A stretch of 64,000 nucleotides of DNA, taken from positions 32,001 through 96,000 of the forward strand of contig CAXBMO010000009.1 in NCBI GenBank assembly GCA_963977015.1, written 5' to 3'. Made by a program: the position numbers and the translations under genes. A model generated the notes under the pieces. That model had not been told where the DNA came from and made no database searches. It saw only the letters and a program-made list of their open reading frames with translations. Below, piece by piece: positions 18,749-29,111 of the stretch (position 1 is the first letter of the stretch; every line of letters begins with the position of its first letter). The stretch is from an uncultured bacterium (lineage in GTDB: Bacteria; Verrucomicrobiota; Verrucomicrobiia; Verrucomicrobiales; DEV007).

Positions 18749-19768
18749 ATGACGCACCCTTCCGAAGAGGACTTGGCGATTTACGCCGCTGAGATCAAAA
18801 AACTCACCGACGCGCTCAATCAAATTCTCTTTGGTCAGGAGGAACTCATCAACACGGTTGTGACCGGGGTGCTCGCACGCGGCCACATGCTGTTGGAAGG
18901 GTTGCCCGGATTGGGCAAGACGGAACTGGTCAAAGGGTTAAGCAAGGCCCTCAAACTGGATACAAAACGCATTCAGTTCACGCCCGACCTGCTTCCGGGC
19001 GATATTACCGGAAACCCGATCCTCCAGGAAACCGCCTCGGGACGGGAATTCGTCTTTCAACCGGGACCGCTGTTCACCAATCTCTGCCTGGCGGACGAAA
19101 TCAACCGGGCCTCGCCCAAGACGCAATCCGCATTGCTCGAAGCGATGCAGGAACGCCGGGTTACGGTCCTGGGCCAATCCCACACGTTGCCCGATCCTTT
19201 TTTCGTCCTGGCGACCCAGAACCCGATCGAGTTGGAAGGCACCTACCCGCTTCCGGAAGCCCAGCTGGATCGCTTTCTCTTCAAGGTCGAAGTCTATCGC
19301 AACAGCGCCGAAACCCTGGAGAAAATCGTCAACCATCGCGAGTTAGGCGTTGAGCCCATGATCGAGCCGGTGATGGAAGCCGCTCAACTCGCGAAAATCA
19401 CCCAGGCGGTCCGAACCGTTTACCTGCCGGATGTCGTCGCCAACTACATCGCGCGTCTGGTCGACGGAACCCATCCCGGTCAAAGCGAAGCCGCCAAGGG
19501 CATCAAGTTTGGAGCCAGCCCACGAGCCGCCCTCAGTCTCGCGTCGGCAGCCAAGGCGCGGGCGCTGATGAATGGCAGGGTCAACGCAAGTTTTGAAGAC
19601 GTCAAAATGGTAGCAACTCCCGTTTTGCAGCACCGAATTGTTTTGGACTACAACGCCCGAATTGATGGGAAGACCAACCGTCAAATCGTTGCTGAATTGC
19701 TGATGGAGATTCCTGCCCAATCCATGAATGTCCCCAAAACATTGAAAGAAACGGAGACAGCAGCCTAG
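18749..19768 (+). CDS. MoxR family AAA+ ATPase
   Basis: GLPGLGKT, RIQFTPDLLP, LADEINRA, QNPIE.EGTYPLPEAQLDRF. Confidence 0.96.
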   Translation: MTHPSEEDLAIYAAEIKKLTDALNQILFGQEELINTVVTGVLARGHMLLEGLPGLGKTELVKGLSKALKLDTKRIQFTPDLLPGDITGNPILQETASGREFVFQPGPLFTNLCLADEINRASPKTQSALLEAMQERRVTVLGQSHTLPDPFFVLATQNPIELEGTYPLPEAQLDRFLFKVEVYRNSAETLEKIVNHRELGVEPMIEPVMEAAQLAKITQAVRTVYLPDVVANYIARLVDGTHPGQSEAAKGIKFGASPRAALSLASAAKARALMNGRVNASFEDVKMVATPVLQHRIVLDYNARIDGKTNRQIVAELLMEIPAQSMNVPKTLKETETAA

Positions 19769-19776
19769 TATCAGTA

Positions 19777-21642
19777 TTGGAATCCTTGAAAATGGCGGAG
19801 GACATGAACCAGTTGGCGAGCGCTCTCATTTTGAGGTCGCGATTGGCATTTCTCCCGGTCCTGGCCCTGCTCTCGTTCCTGTCCCCTTCCCCAACTTGGG
19901 CGCGGGGAAATTTTGGCAATTGGACGGTGGATGGCCTGACCAAAACCCAGGTTGAAGTCTATTCCGCCTTCGAAGGCTTGCCGGACCGCGGCTATCTCCC
20001 TGTCACGGTCAAAATCCGGAACGGTTTCGAATCCGAGCGCCGGTGGAGCATCTCGTTTGATGCCAAACCCCAGTACAGCTACGGCGACGGAATCACCTCC
20101 AAATCGTCCTTTTCCATCACCACGCCCGGGCAATCGGAAACGGAGCACGAATTGATGGTTCCAATTCCGAGTTCCCTCGATCGCTCACCCAACACGGAGG
20201 TGATCATGCGACTCTCTTCGCGTGGCGTCGGCCCTCGATCCGGCAGCATTGAGGGATTTCACCATCGAGACTGGCCCAGCATTGCCTTCAGCGATGAACT
20301 GGACGGCCGCGACAACCTGGATCAACTCAGCACGCATCTTCGAAACGTGGCGAAGAAGATTTCGAGCAATGAAGCCGCCGCCACGCTCTTCGAAGCGGAA
20401 GCGCTGTCCGCAGACTGGCGCGCTTACACCGGCTTTGACGCAATCATGTTGACCGATACGGAGTGGATGGCCCTGGAGCCGTCGGTTCGCCGCGAAATCC
20501 TGGCTTGGAATCGTTTGGGCGGGCACTTGTTTCTCTACACCACCGCTGCCAATGCCAACGCCGCTTCGTTTGGAATCAACGACATTGGCCCCAAATCCAA
20601 TCGCTCGTTGGGCAAAATCCGGATCAATCAATGGGATGGCGACCGCATCAATCTCAAGGAAACCGCAAACCAACTCATCCAGGCTCCCGTTCTTACCACT
20701 CAACTTGACCAAAACTTTGTTTCCAAATGGGGACTCCAGAAAACGTTCGGGTTTCGGAACTTCAATCCAATCGCCGTTTTCCTCATTTTGATCGCCTTCG
20801 CCATCGCGGTTGGGCCGGTGAACCTGTTTGTGCTCGCGAAACCTGGAATGCGGCATCGCCTGTTCATCACGACGCCGATCATCTCGCTCGCCGCCAGTTT
20901 TCTGCTGATCCTGCTGATCGTCTTTCAGGATGGATTTGGCGGAAGTGGAATCCGGACGGCACTGATGCTCCTGAACAGTGAACCGGACGAGCGACGCGCC
21001 TACGTCATCCAGGAGCAGATTTCGCGAACCGGAGTCTTGCTGAATCGTTCGTTTGAAATGGACGAACCCACGTTCATCACGCCAGCCGTCATGAACACTT
21101 CACGCTGGACCCATTTTGACGATTCCAGTGGACTCGGAGCCACGTTCCGCTACGTCGGCAATGATCTCGGCGGAGACTGGTTTCAGAGTCGAAGCGAGCA
21201 GGCTCATTACGCGCAAACCATTCGCCCGACGCGAGCCCGGATTGAGCGCCTTGATCCGGACGCCGAGGGAACGCCCCGCTTTTTCTCCAGCATCGATTTT
21301 GGATTGCGGGAGTTTTTCTACATCGCGGAAGACGGAAAGGTTTGGAAGGCAAAGGACGCAGTGAGCGCGGGCCAGGAAATCGAGCTGGCGGAAAGCGATC
21401 AGGAAGCGCTGACCGCGTTTTGGAATTCGGCGCGCGAAGATTTCACCAAAACGCTCAAGAAGAAGATCGGAGAATTGGTCGAGTTGGAACGCGACACGTT
21501 TTTTGCGGTGGCCACAAAACCACGCGATCACCTCATCCCAACGCTTCAATCGATCCGGTGGAGAACGGGAACCGATGGCGATCGCCTTCTCCTCGTCGGC
21601 TCCCCGATTGAACGTGAACCCAAAAACGCGGAGGGACAATGA
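19777..21642 (+). CDS. Hypothetical membrane protein (extracytoplasmic domain, GATase-like segment, 2 TM)
   Basis: Signal-like N-terminus, DWRAYTGFDAIML...W...GG.L, IAVGPVNLF TM pair; start may be ATG 19792 or 19804. Confidence 0.85.
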   Translation: MESLKMAEDMNQLASALILRSRLAFLPVLALLSFLSPSPTWARGNFGNWTVDGLTKTQVEVYSAFEGLPDRGYLPVTVKIRNGFESERRWSISFDAKPQYSYGDGITSKSSFSITTPGQSETEHELMVPIPSSLDRSPNTEVIMRLSSRGVGPRSGSIEGFHHRDWPSIAFSDELDGRDNLDQLSTHLRNVAKKISSNEAAATLFEAEALSADWRAYTGFDAIMLTDTEWMALEPSVRREILAWNRLGGHLFLYTTAANANAASFGINDIGPKSNRSLGKIRINQWDGDRINLKETANQLIQAPVLTTQLDQNFVSKWGLQKTFGFRNFNPIAVFLILIAFAIAVGPVNLFVLAKPGMRHRLFITTPIISLAASFLLILLIVFQDGFGGSGIRTALMLLNSEPDERRAYVIQEQISRTGVLLNRSFEMDEPTFITPAVMNTSRWTHFDDSSGLGATFRYVGNDLGGDWFQSRSEQAHYAQTIRPTRARIERLDPDAEGTPRFFSSIDFGLREFFYIAEDGKVWKAKDAVSAGQEIELAESDQEALTAFWNSAREDFTKTLKKKIGELVELERDTFFAVATKPRDHLIPTLQSIRWRTGTDGDRLLLVGSPIEREPKNAEGQ

Positions 21643-22649
21643 GCACGACGAACGGAGATACCCCAGCAATCCGCGTTACCAGCCTGCATCGCAGCTTCGG
21701 CACGCTCAAGGCTGTCGACGGAGTCACGTTCGAGATCCCCAAAGGCCAGGTGGTCGGCTTCGTCGGCGCCAACGGAGCCGGTAAAACCACGACGATGCGG
21801 ATCCTGGCCACGCTCGATTATCCGAGCACGGGCACGGTCGAGATTCTCGGAATCGATGTTGTCGATTACCCGGCCGAGGTAAGAAAAATTCTGGGGTGGA
21901 TGCCGGACGATTTCGGCACCTACGAATACATGACCGTCGTCGAATACCTCGACTTCTTTGCCCGCGCGCTCGGTTTCAAAGATCAGGAGCGCATCCAGCG
22001 CATCAGCGACGTGATGGAATTCACGGAGTTGGACAAATTGGCGGACCGCCTCATCAACAAGCTCTCCAAAGGGATGGGCCAGCGCCTTTGCCTCGGTCGC
22101 GCGTTGATTCATGATCCCGAAGTCCTCATTCTCGACGAACCAGCTGCGGGACTCGACCCAAAAGCGCGCGTCGAGCTGAAACACTTGATCCGGATTCTGG
22201 CGGAAGAGGGAAAAACGATCTTCATCAGCTCCCACATTCTCAGTGAACTCGGCGAAATGTGCGATGCCCTCCTCTTCATCAACAACGGGCAGATCATTCA
22301 CCATGGAAGCGCTGACGATCTCAAGCAGCACAAAGACGCCGGTGTCCTGGTCGATGTCCAGTTGGATGCCGAATCCGCCAAGCTTGAGGAATGGGCCGCC
22401 CTTTCCCCTCACGTCCGGTTTGTGGACTCCAGGAAAAACGGCGGGCGCATCGAGATCGACTCCGGCGAGCCGGAGATCGTGGCCGGCGTGTTGAAGAAGA
22501 TGGTAACCGACGGCCTTCCCATCATCGAGTTCCACCGTGAAGAGCGAAACCTGGAAGACGCCTTCATCGAAATCGTCGGGAACCTGGAACGCGAAGCTGA
22601 GCTGAAGAAAGCAGCTCTCAGCCCACCTGAAATTCCAACGACTTCGTGA
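21639..22649 (+). CDS. ABC transporter ATP-binding protein
   Basis: GANGAGKTT, LSKGMGQR, ILDEP, ISSH. Confidence 0.96.
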   Translation: MSTTNGDTPAIRVTSLHRSFGTLKAVDGVTFEIPKGQVVGFVGANGAGKTTTMRILATLDYPSTGTVEILGIDVVDYPAEVRKILGWMPDDFGTYEYMTVVEYLDFFARALGFKDQERIQRISDVMEFTELDKLADRLINKLSKGMGQRLCLGRALIHDPEVLILDEPAAGLDPKARVELKHLIRILAEEGKTIFISSHILSELGEMCDALLFINNGQIIHHGSADDLKQHKDAGVLVDVQLDAESAKLEEWAALSPHVRFVDSRKNGGRIEIDSGEPEIVAGVLKKMVTDGLPIIEFHREERNLEDAFIEIVGNLEREAELKKAALSPPEIPTTS

Positions 22650-24094
22650 CCGCCACCGACAAACTGAGCGATTTCAAGGATTGGATCAGCCCCATCATCG
22701 TGAAGGAGCTGCGCCAGGGAATGCGAACCCGGCTCTTCACGGCCGCCTTTATCGTGCTCCAGGGATTCATGGTGTTGTTCGTGATGATCGGATTTGCCGA
22801 GGGGAGCGGCTCCAATGCCGGAACGTCGGGATTTTTCTGGTTCCTCATTTCCATCACCCTGCTGCTGGTCATGCCGCTTCGGGGCTTCGCCGCCTTGAGC
22901 TCCGAAATTCGGCTGAACACGATGGATTTGATCGCGCTGACGCGAATGAGTTCCTGGCGGATCACCGCCGGAAAATGGGCCGCCCTCGTCAGCCAGACGG
23001 CTCTGCTGACGGTCGCGGTGCTGCCCTATGTCGTTTTGCGCTACTTTTTCGGTGGGGTAAACCCGATCAGCGAGCTGTTTTTTCTCGGGCTCATCCTCAC
23101 CGTTTCCTGTGTCCTCAGCGCCGCGATGGTCGGCTTGTCGGCCTTCCCCAATTTCCTGGTTCGCGCACTCATCGCGGTCGGCGCCAGCATTGCCGCGATC
23201 TCATTCAGCAGCGCCATGGTCGGAATGAGCAACGAAAATTTCGCATTCGACGATCCTGAATTCCGCTGGGGAATGGCGGCTTTTCTCTCAATTTCCGCGT
23301 TTTTGACCTACTACTTTCTTGCGATGGGAGCAACCCGCATCGCGACAGAGGCGGACAACTACAGCACGCTCAAACGCCTCATCTCCTTCCTGGTCACAGC
23401 CATCGTTCTGGGCTTGCCTCTGATTTCTTCCAGCATCGATTCCGAGCCCTGCTACGTCATCGCGGGAATCCTCATCGCGTTTTTTGCACTGGATGCGTTG
23501 ACGGAAGCCCCGTCCGGCGTCCGCAGTCTCCACCTCCCCTTCAACCGGAAAGGGATGCTGGGTTTTGCGCTTCAGTTTCTCCTCACTCCGGGATGGTTTT
23601 CCGGAGTGTTCTACGTTCTCTGCCTCGGCCTCATGCATACCGTGGCTGCCGTGGCTTACGGAACGACCGACTTCAGTTGGAGTGCCGATCAAGCCATCAC
23701 CATCGGAGTCGCGATTACGGGAACGCTGCTCTTTCCCCTCCTCATCATCCACCTTTTCTTCACGGAACCCAAAAACCTCTTCGCGACCTACTTTTTTGTC
23801 CAGGTTGCAGTTGCCGCAGTCGGGTTTTGTCTGCTTGCGGTCCAGGACGTCATTCCGGCGTTCATGTGGGCGGGAAGTCCCATCCCCTTTGTGAACTTCC
23901 TCATGTCGGTCGACGACAGCAACAACAACTACGACTCCATGCTGCTGGTTCTTGCGTTGCTCACTCTCATCGTCACCATCCTCGTCTGCCTTTGGCGGGC
24001 TGCGCCTCTGATTCAGCAGATCAAGAGTTTCCGACAAGACTTTCTCGCCAAATCTCAACCGTCTCCATCCTTGAGCACCGCGACCGATGAGTAA
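22646..24094 (+). CDS. ABC-2-type permease-like multi-pass membrane protein
   Basis: PIIVKELRQ.MR, E...NTMDL..LT.MS...I..GK; about 12 TM segments. Confidence 0.85.
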   Translation: MTATDKLSDFKDWISPIIVKELRQGMRTRLFTAAFIVLQGFMVLFVMIGFAEGSGSNAGTSGFFWFLISITLLLVMPLRGFAALSSEIRLNTMDLIALTRMSSWRITAGKWAALVSQTALLTVAVLPYVVLRYFFGGVNPISELFFLGLILTVSCVLSAAMVGLSAFPNFLVRALIAVGASIAAISFSSAMVGMSNENFAFDDPEFRWGMAAFLSISAFLTYYFLAMGATRIATEADNYSTLKRLISFLVTAIVLGLPLISSSIDSEPCYVIAGILIAFFALDALTEAPSGVRSLHLPFNRKGMLGFALQFLLTPGWFSGVFYVLCLGLMHTVAAVAYGTTDFSWSADQAITIGVAITGTLLFPLLIIHLFFTEPKNLFATYFFVQVAVAAVGFCLLAVQDVIPAFMWAGSPIPFVNFLMSVDDSNNNYDSMLLVLALLTLIVTILVCLWRAAPLIQQIKSFRQDFLAKSQPSPSLSTATDE

Positions 24095-24983
24095 TCTCAA
24101 CATCGCCAAAGACGAGCTCGGGAAAATTGGCCGGCAAGCGGAAGCCTGGGCCGATCTCTACAAACTTCCGCTCGGCAAACGAACCTGGCGCGGAATGACG
24201 GGAGATTTTCAGGGCAGCGGAGTCGGTTCCTCACTCGATTTCCAGGATCATCGGGCCTATGCCCCGGGCGACGATCCCCGCCACATCAACTGGCAGGCCT
24301 ACGCGCGCAGTGGCAATTACACCATGAAGCTGTATCGCGAGGAAGTCCGCCCTCTCATCGACGTCATTTTTGATGTCTCCGATTCCATGTTCTTCGAGCC
24401 GGCAAAAAAGCAGCGCAGTCTCGAGCTCTTCTACTTTGTGGTTCACGCGGTCCTCAAAAGTGGCGCCAGCGGCAAGTTTCTCCTCGTGAAAGGTAGCGAA
24501 CACCGCTTTCTGCGCGATGAAGCAATTCACACGCACGCCTGGGTCGACGTTGCCGCCGACATGCCCGCCACCGCCACTTCAGAGCCGCCCCGCCTCGCTC
24601 CCATCCCGGTTCGCGCCCAAGCCATGCGCATCTTCGTGAGCGATTTGCTTTTCCACAGTGAGGTCGAGCCCATTCTCCAGGCTCTCGTCAGCCGCAAAGG
24701 TTTCGGAACCGTGTTCGCGCCGTTTTGCGTCAGCGAAGCGCGACCGGATTGGAGCGGAAACTACGAGTTTGTCGATTCCGAGGATGGCTCCAAACACGCC
24801 CACCGCGTCCAATTCAGCCTCCTCGAACGCTACCGCAAAGCCTACGATCGGCATTTTGCCCATTGGAAACACCTGGGGCGGAAATACGACGTCGGGATTG
24901 TTCGACTCCCGGCGGAATCGGAATTTTCCGAAGCCATGCGCTGGGAAGGAATCGCTGCGGGAGCCGTCGAACTGTGGACCTGA
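24087..24983 (+). CDS. DUF58 domain protein (MoxR partner)
   Basis: G.SLDFQDHRAY.PGDD.RHINW..YAR, DVSDSM, VSD. Confidence 0.92.
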   Translation: MSNLNIAKDELGKIGRQAEAWADLYKLPLGKRTWRGMTGDFQGSGVGSSLDFQDHRAYAPGDDPRHINWQAYARSGNYTMKLYREEVRPLIDVIFDVSDSMFFEPAKKQRSLELFYFVVHAVLKSGASGKFLLVKGSEHRFLRDEAIHTHAWVDVAADMPATATSEPPRLAPIPVRAQAMRIFVSDLLFHSEVEPILQALVSRKGFGTVFAPFCVSEARPDWSGNYEFVDSEDGSKHAHRVQFSLLERYRKAYDRHFAHWKHLGRKYDVGIVRLPAESEFSEAMRWEGIAAGAVELWT

Positions 24984-25047
24984 GAAAACTTCCCAAAAAT
25001 CAGACTAATTGCTTGATCTACGTTGAGCACTGCGAGTTTGGTCTGGG

Positions 25048-26475
25048 GTGAAACAAACCCCCACCAGCATCCTGGCGTTTATCGCCACCACCCTGATTCT
25101 TGCTTCCCAGTTTGCGGCAGCTGCGAAACCGAACTTCATCATCATCTTCGCTGATGATCAAGGCTATGGCGACCTGAGTTGTTTCGGCTCCGAAACCATC
25201 CAAACACCGAATATCGACCGGTTGAGCACGGAAGGCCGCAAGTTCACCAGTTTCATGGTCGCTTCACCCGTGTGCACACCTTCGCGGGCTGCGCTGCTGA
25301 CGGGCTGTTATCCCAAACGCGTCGGCATGCACCAGCATGTCCTGTTTCCCTCCTCCACCAAGGGGCTGAATCCTGAGGAACACACCATCGCCGATCACCT
25401 GAAGTCACAGGGTTTTGCCACGGCCTGCTTTGGCAAATGGCACCTGGGCCACCACCCGGAAGTGTTGCCAACTTCGAACGGGTTCGACACTTACTACGGC
25501 ATTCCGTATTCCAACGACATGAATCACCCGGACAACAAAGGCAAACCCAAGGGCGGTCCGAATGGCATGGATTTGCTCTGGAATGATCCGGAATCGACCC
25601 TGACCAAGTGGAAAACTCCGTTGTTTGAGGATGAGGAGATTGTGGAACTGCCGGTTGACCAACGAACCATCACCCGTCGCTGCACCCAAAAAGCAATCGA
25701 CTTCGTGAAAGCCAACCAGGACGAGCCCTTCTTCGTTTACCTGCCTTATTCCATGCCACACATCCCGCTCTATGTGCCGGATGACGTGCGCGATCCCGAT
25801 CCCAAAAATGCTTACATCAATACGATCGAGCACATCGACACGGAAGTCGGTAGGTTACTGGACGTTCTGGATGAGCTGAAACTGACGGAGAACACCTATG
25901 TCATTTACACGACCGACAACGGCCCTTGGTTGACCTTCAATCACCACGGCGGCTCTGCCGGACCTCTGCGCAATGGAAAAGGCACCACGTTCGAAGGCGG
26001 CCAGCGCGTTCCCTGCCTCATGCGTGGACCGGGAATTCCAGCAGGAACGGTTTGTGAGGAGTTGACGGGAACGATTGATCTGTTGCCAACCATTGCAGCC
26101 ATCACCGGCGAGCCACTACCTGCCGGAAAAACGATCGACGGGATGGATGTCTCTGGATTGTGGATGGGCACAGAAGAAAAATCTCCGCGAGAGGAATTCG
26201 TTCACTACACGTCGCGGGGCGATCTCGAAGGAATTCGCCGGAAAAATTGGAAGCTGCTGGTGAAGAAACCGCGCGCCCCCCGCAATCAGAAAAACGCGCC
26301 CCCTCAAGCCCCCAAACCACCCGAGATTCTGCTCTTTGATCTCAGTCAGGACCTTGGAGAAATGAACAACGTCGCGGAGGCAAATCCCGAAATCGTGGAA
26401 ACACTTCAGGCGCGGATGACCGAGTTGGACGCTGAGATCACGGAAAACGCCCGCGCTCCCTGGGTGAAGCAATAG
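25048..26475 (+). CDS. Sulfatase (formylglycine-dependent, arylsulfatase A-like)
   Basis: Signal peptide, PNFIIIFADD.GYGD, CTPSRAALLTG, GKWHLG, TDNG. Confidence 0.96.
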   Translation: MKQTPTSILAFIATTLILASQFAAAAKPNFIIIFADDQGYGDLSCFGSETIQTPNIDRLSTEGRKFTSFMVASPVCTPSRAALLTGCYPKRVGMHQHVLFPSSTKGLNPEEHTIADHLKSQGFATACFGKWHLGHHPEVLPTSNGFDTYYGIPYSNDMNHPDNKGKPKGGPNGMDLLWNDPESTLTKWKTPLFEDEEIVELPVDQRTITRRCTQKAIDFVKANQDEPFFVYLPYSMPHIPLYVPDDVRDPDPKNAYINTIEHIDTEVGRLLDVLDELKLTENTYVIYTTDNGPWLTFNHHGGSAGPLRNGKGTTFEGGQRVPCLMRGPGIPAGTVCEELTGTIDLLPTIAAITGEPLPAGKTIDGMDVSGLWMGTEEKSPREEFVHYTSRGDLEGIRRKNWKLLVKKPRAPRNQKNAPPQAPKPPEILLFDLSQDLGEMNNVAEANPEIVETLQARMTELDAEITENARAPWVKQ

Positions 26476-26486
26476 CCCTTCTTGAG

Positions 26487-26906
26487 CTACTCCATTCCTG
26501 ATACGAACTCCAAACTCCCATCCTCGTTGAGCCGGCGATAGTAGCACCCATGCCGCGCTTTGCCGTCGGCTCCCTTGGTGTGGCAAGAACCCGCTCCGGC
26601 GAGTTTGACCCAATAGAGGATGGAGTTTTGCTCGCAATTGACGCGGACTTCGATGAGTTCGAGGTAGTCGCCGCTGGTTTTCCCTTTGATCCAGAGTTCA
26701 TTGCGGCTCGTGCTCCAAAATGTCGCTTTCTTCTCTTTCAGGGCGGTGTCCAGCGCGAGTTGGTTGGCGTACCCGACAATGAGCAATTCACCGGTTTCGA
26801 CATCCTGTGCGACGGCGGGAACGACTTCCGAGCCTGTCGCCGCGATTTTCTGCAGCTTGGTAAAGTCCAGCTTCAGCTGGGTTCCTTCTTCAATTTCTTT
26901 GGCCAT
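26487..26906 (-). CDS. hisI: Phosphoribosyl-AMP cyclohydrolase (monofunctional, NCEQN variant)
   Basis: P.VAQD..TGE.L, FWSTSR.ELW.KG.TSG, NCEQNS...SCHT...CYYR. Confidence 0.88.
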   Translation of the reverse strand: MAKEIEEGTQLKLDFTKLQKIAATGSEVVPAVAQDVETGELLIVGYANQLALDTALKEKKATFWSTSRNELWIKGKTSGDYLELIEVRVNCEQNSILYWVKLAGAGSCHTKGADGKARHGCYYRRLNEDGSLEFVSGME

Positions 26907-26974
26907 TTCTAGGGAAATTCAGGTTTCAAGCCTTCCGTTTTAAGTTAGGGGATTGCAAGCACTTCTAAGATTCT

Positions 26975-28378
26975 ATGGATTTTGACTTTGTTGTATTAGG
27001 CGGCGGTAGCGCGGGTTACGCGGCGGCAAGAACTGCTGTCGATCTTGGTTTGAAGACCGCGGTAATCGATGGCGCCGCAGAACTGGGAGGGCTCTGCATT
27101 CTACGCGGTTGCATGCCGAGCAAGACGCTGATTGAATCGGGAAATCGCTTCCGAACGTTGCGCCGCGCCGAAGAGTTCGGCCTCCGCGCCGACAATCTGA
27201 AAGCGCATGGCTCCGAGATCATCGCGCGAAAACGGAAGTTGATCGACGAGTTCGCGAGCTATCGCCAGGAACAGCTCCAGAGCGGAAAGTTCGAGCTCAT
27301 TCGTGGCCGCGCCAAATTTCTGAATCCGACGAAGCTCGAAGTGACGCTGAATGATGGGACCACCCAAACTGTAAAAGCGGCAACGAGCATAATTGCAACG
27401 GGCTCCGTAGTTTCCAAACTGGAATTGCCGGGTTTGGAAGAGGCCGGGTATTTGATCAGCGATGACATCCTCAACCTTGAGGAGATTCCAAAGTCCACCA
27501 TTGTGCTGGGCGGAGGACCCATTGCTCTGGAAATGGCGCACTATCTGGAGGCAGTGGGAAGCAAAGTCACGGTTGTTCAGCGAAGCAATCACGTCCTCAG
27601 CTCGATGGATGACGATTTGGCGGAAGTGGTCGAGTCCGCGTTCCGCGAACGAGGCCTGGAAGTGTATACCGGAACCAAACTAACCAAGGCCGAATCGAAG
27701 GGCGATCTCAAGGTGATCCACTTCGAGCACGAAGGTGAAGTCAAAACGGTTGAGGCTGAGCAAATTCTGCAGGCTTTGGGACGATCCCCCGCCACTGCGT
27801 CGTTGGGATTGGAAGCCGCCAGGGTCGAAACCAGTCGCGGGCGCGTCAACGTCGAGCCCACACAGGCCACCTCAGCCCCTAACATTTTCGCCGCAGGAGA
27901 CGTTTGCGGTCCGTTGGAAGTGGTTCACCTGGCAATCGAACAGGGAGAAGCCGCCGCTTTCAATGCCGCCCTTCATCTTCAGAAGACCTCCGGAATTTCA
28001 AAAACAATGGATTACCGGCTAAAGCTTTTTGGCGTCTTCACCGAGCCTCAAGTGGCTGCGGTTGGCATGAGCGAGAAGGAACTGAAGGACGCCGGAACAC
28101 CCTACGACGTCGAAACTTATCCGTTTGATGATCATGGAAAATCCATGGTGATGGGAGAAACGCACGGCTTCGTCAAGCTCATTGCCGAACCCAAAACGGG
28201 CAAGCTGTTAGGAGGCTCGGTCGTTGGCCCGGAGGCTGTGGATCTGATCCACGAAATTGTCGTGGCGATGCATTTTCACGCGACCTCCGCAGATTTGGCG
28301 CGAGTTCCTCACTATCATCCCACGCTCAGTGAGATTTGGACCTATCCAGCGGAGGAATTGGCTGAAAAAATGGCGTAA
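26975..28378 (+). CDS. Pyridine nucleotide-disulfide oxidoreductase (dihydrolipoamide dehydrogenase-like)
   Basis: GGGSAG, GGLCILRGCMPSK, AAGDV, HPTLSE. Confidence 0.92.
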   Translation: MDFDFVVLGGGSAGYAAARTAVDLGLKTAVIDGAAELGGLCILRGCMPSKTLIESGNRFRTLRRAEEFGLRADNLKAHGSEIIARKRKLIDEFASYRQEQLQSGKFELIRGRAKFLNPTKLEVTLNDGTTQTVKAATSIIATGSVVSKLELPGLEEAGYLISDDILNLEEIPKSTIVLGGGPIALEMAHYLEAVGSKVTVVQRSNHVLSSMDDDLAEVVESAFRERGLEVYTGTKLTKAESKGDLKVIHFEHEGEVKTVEAEQILQALGRSPATASLGLEAARVETSRGRVNVEPTQATSAPNIFAAGDVCGPLEVVHLAIEQGEAAAFNAALHLQKTSGISKTMDYRLKLFGVFTEPQVAAVGMSEKELKDAGTPYDVETYPFDDHGKSMVMGETHGFVKLIAEPKTGKLLGGSVVGPEAVDLIHEIVVAMHFHATSADLARVPHYHPTLSEIWTYPAEELAEKMA

Positions 28379-28544
28379 TTTTCGCTTCCCTTTTGATGAA
28401 TTACCGTGAGGATCACGTCTGTCCAGACAAGCAGCCGACAACTGAATCCTAAGATTCGGAGTTGCTTTGAAGAACACTCTAACTATGAAACGTCAGTCCG
28501 AGTTGGACATTGACATCTCCATAACAACTTGATTTAGTTGCGCC

Positions 28545-29072
28545 GTGCTCAAGCAAATTATCAACCAAGATCCTGCAGGGTCCAAGCCGCCACCAGCGCC
28601 TGCGCCAGAGCCAGCTCCGGCACCCGCTGCCTACGCCGAACCTGCACCGCAAGCCCAAACCGTACAACAACCGTCTACAACTGCCAGCCTGATGAGTTCC
28701 AGTAAAAATATCTTGTCGAATGATGTCGAAATCGTCGGAAATCTAAAATTCTCTCACGATTTGATCATTGATGGGAAAATCGAAGGTGAAGTTAATTCAG
28801 ATGGCAACCTGACCGTTGGCGAAAACGCCAAGGTCAAAGGGGAAATCAAAACGAAATCCGTGACGGTTTTCGGCAAGGTTGAAGGAAACATTACGGTTAC
28901 CGACCGCTGCGAGCTGAAATCCAACGCCGAATTGGTTGGAGACATCCGCGCTGGAACACTTTCTATCGAAGAGGGAGCTGCCTTCATGGGAGCTTCAACC
29001 GTTGGCGCTGCCGCCAAAGCATCCACACCTCCAGGAGGGGGATTGCCAAAGCCACCAGCACCACCTCAGTAA
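28545..29072 (+). CDS. Bactofilin (polymer-forming cytoskeletal protein) with Pro-rich tails
   Basis: DVEIVGNL...LIIDGKIEGEV...GENAKVKGEI...V.GKVEGNI...GDI...IEEGA.F.G. Confidence 0.93.
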   Translation: MLKQIINQDPAGSKPPPAPAPEPAPAPAAYAEPAPQAQTVQQPSTTASLMSSSKNILSNDVEIVGNLKFSHDLIIDGKIEGEVNSDGNLTVGENAKVKGEIKTKSVTVFGKVEGNITVTDRCELKSNAELVGDIRAGTLSIEEGAAFMGASTVGAAAKASTPPGGGLPKPPAPPQ

Positions 29073-29111
29073 TTTCAGGAGCCGCAAGGCTCTTACCTCC
29101 CGCTTTTCAGT

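Noticed and set aside
26975-28378. Possible mercuric reductase MerA
   Set aside because: No C-terminal Cys-Cys pair or NmerA domain; has the HPTLSE motif of lipoamide dehydrogenase-like enzymes.
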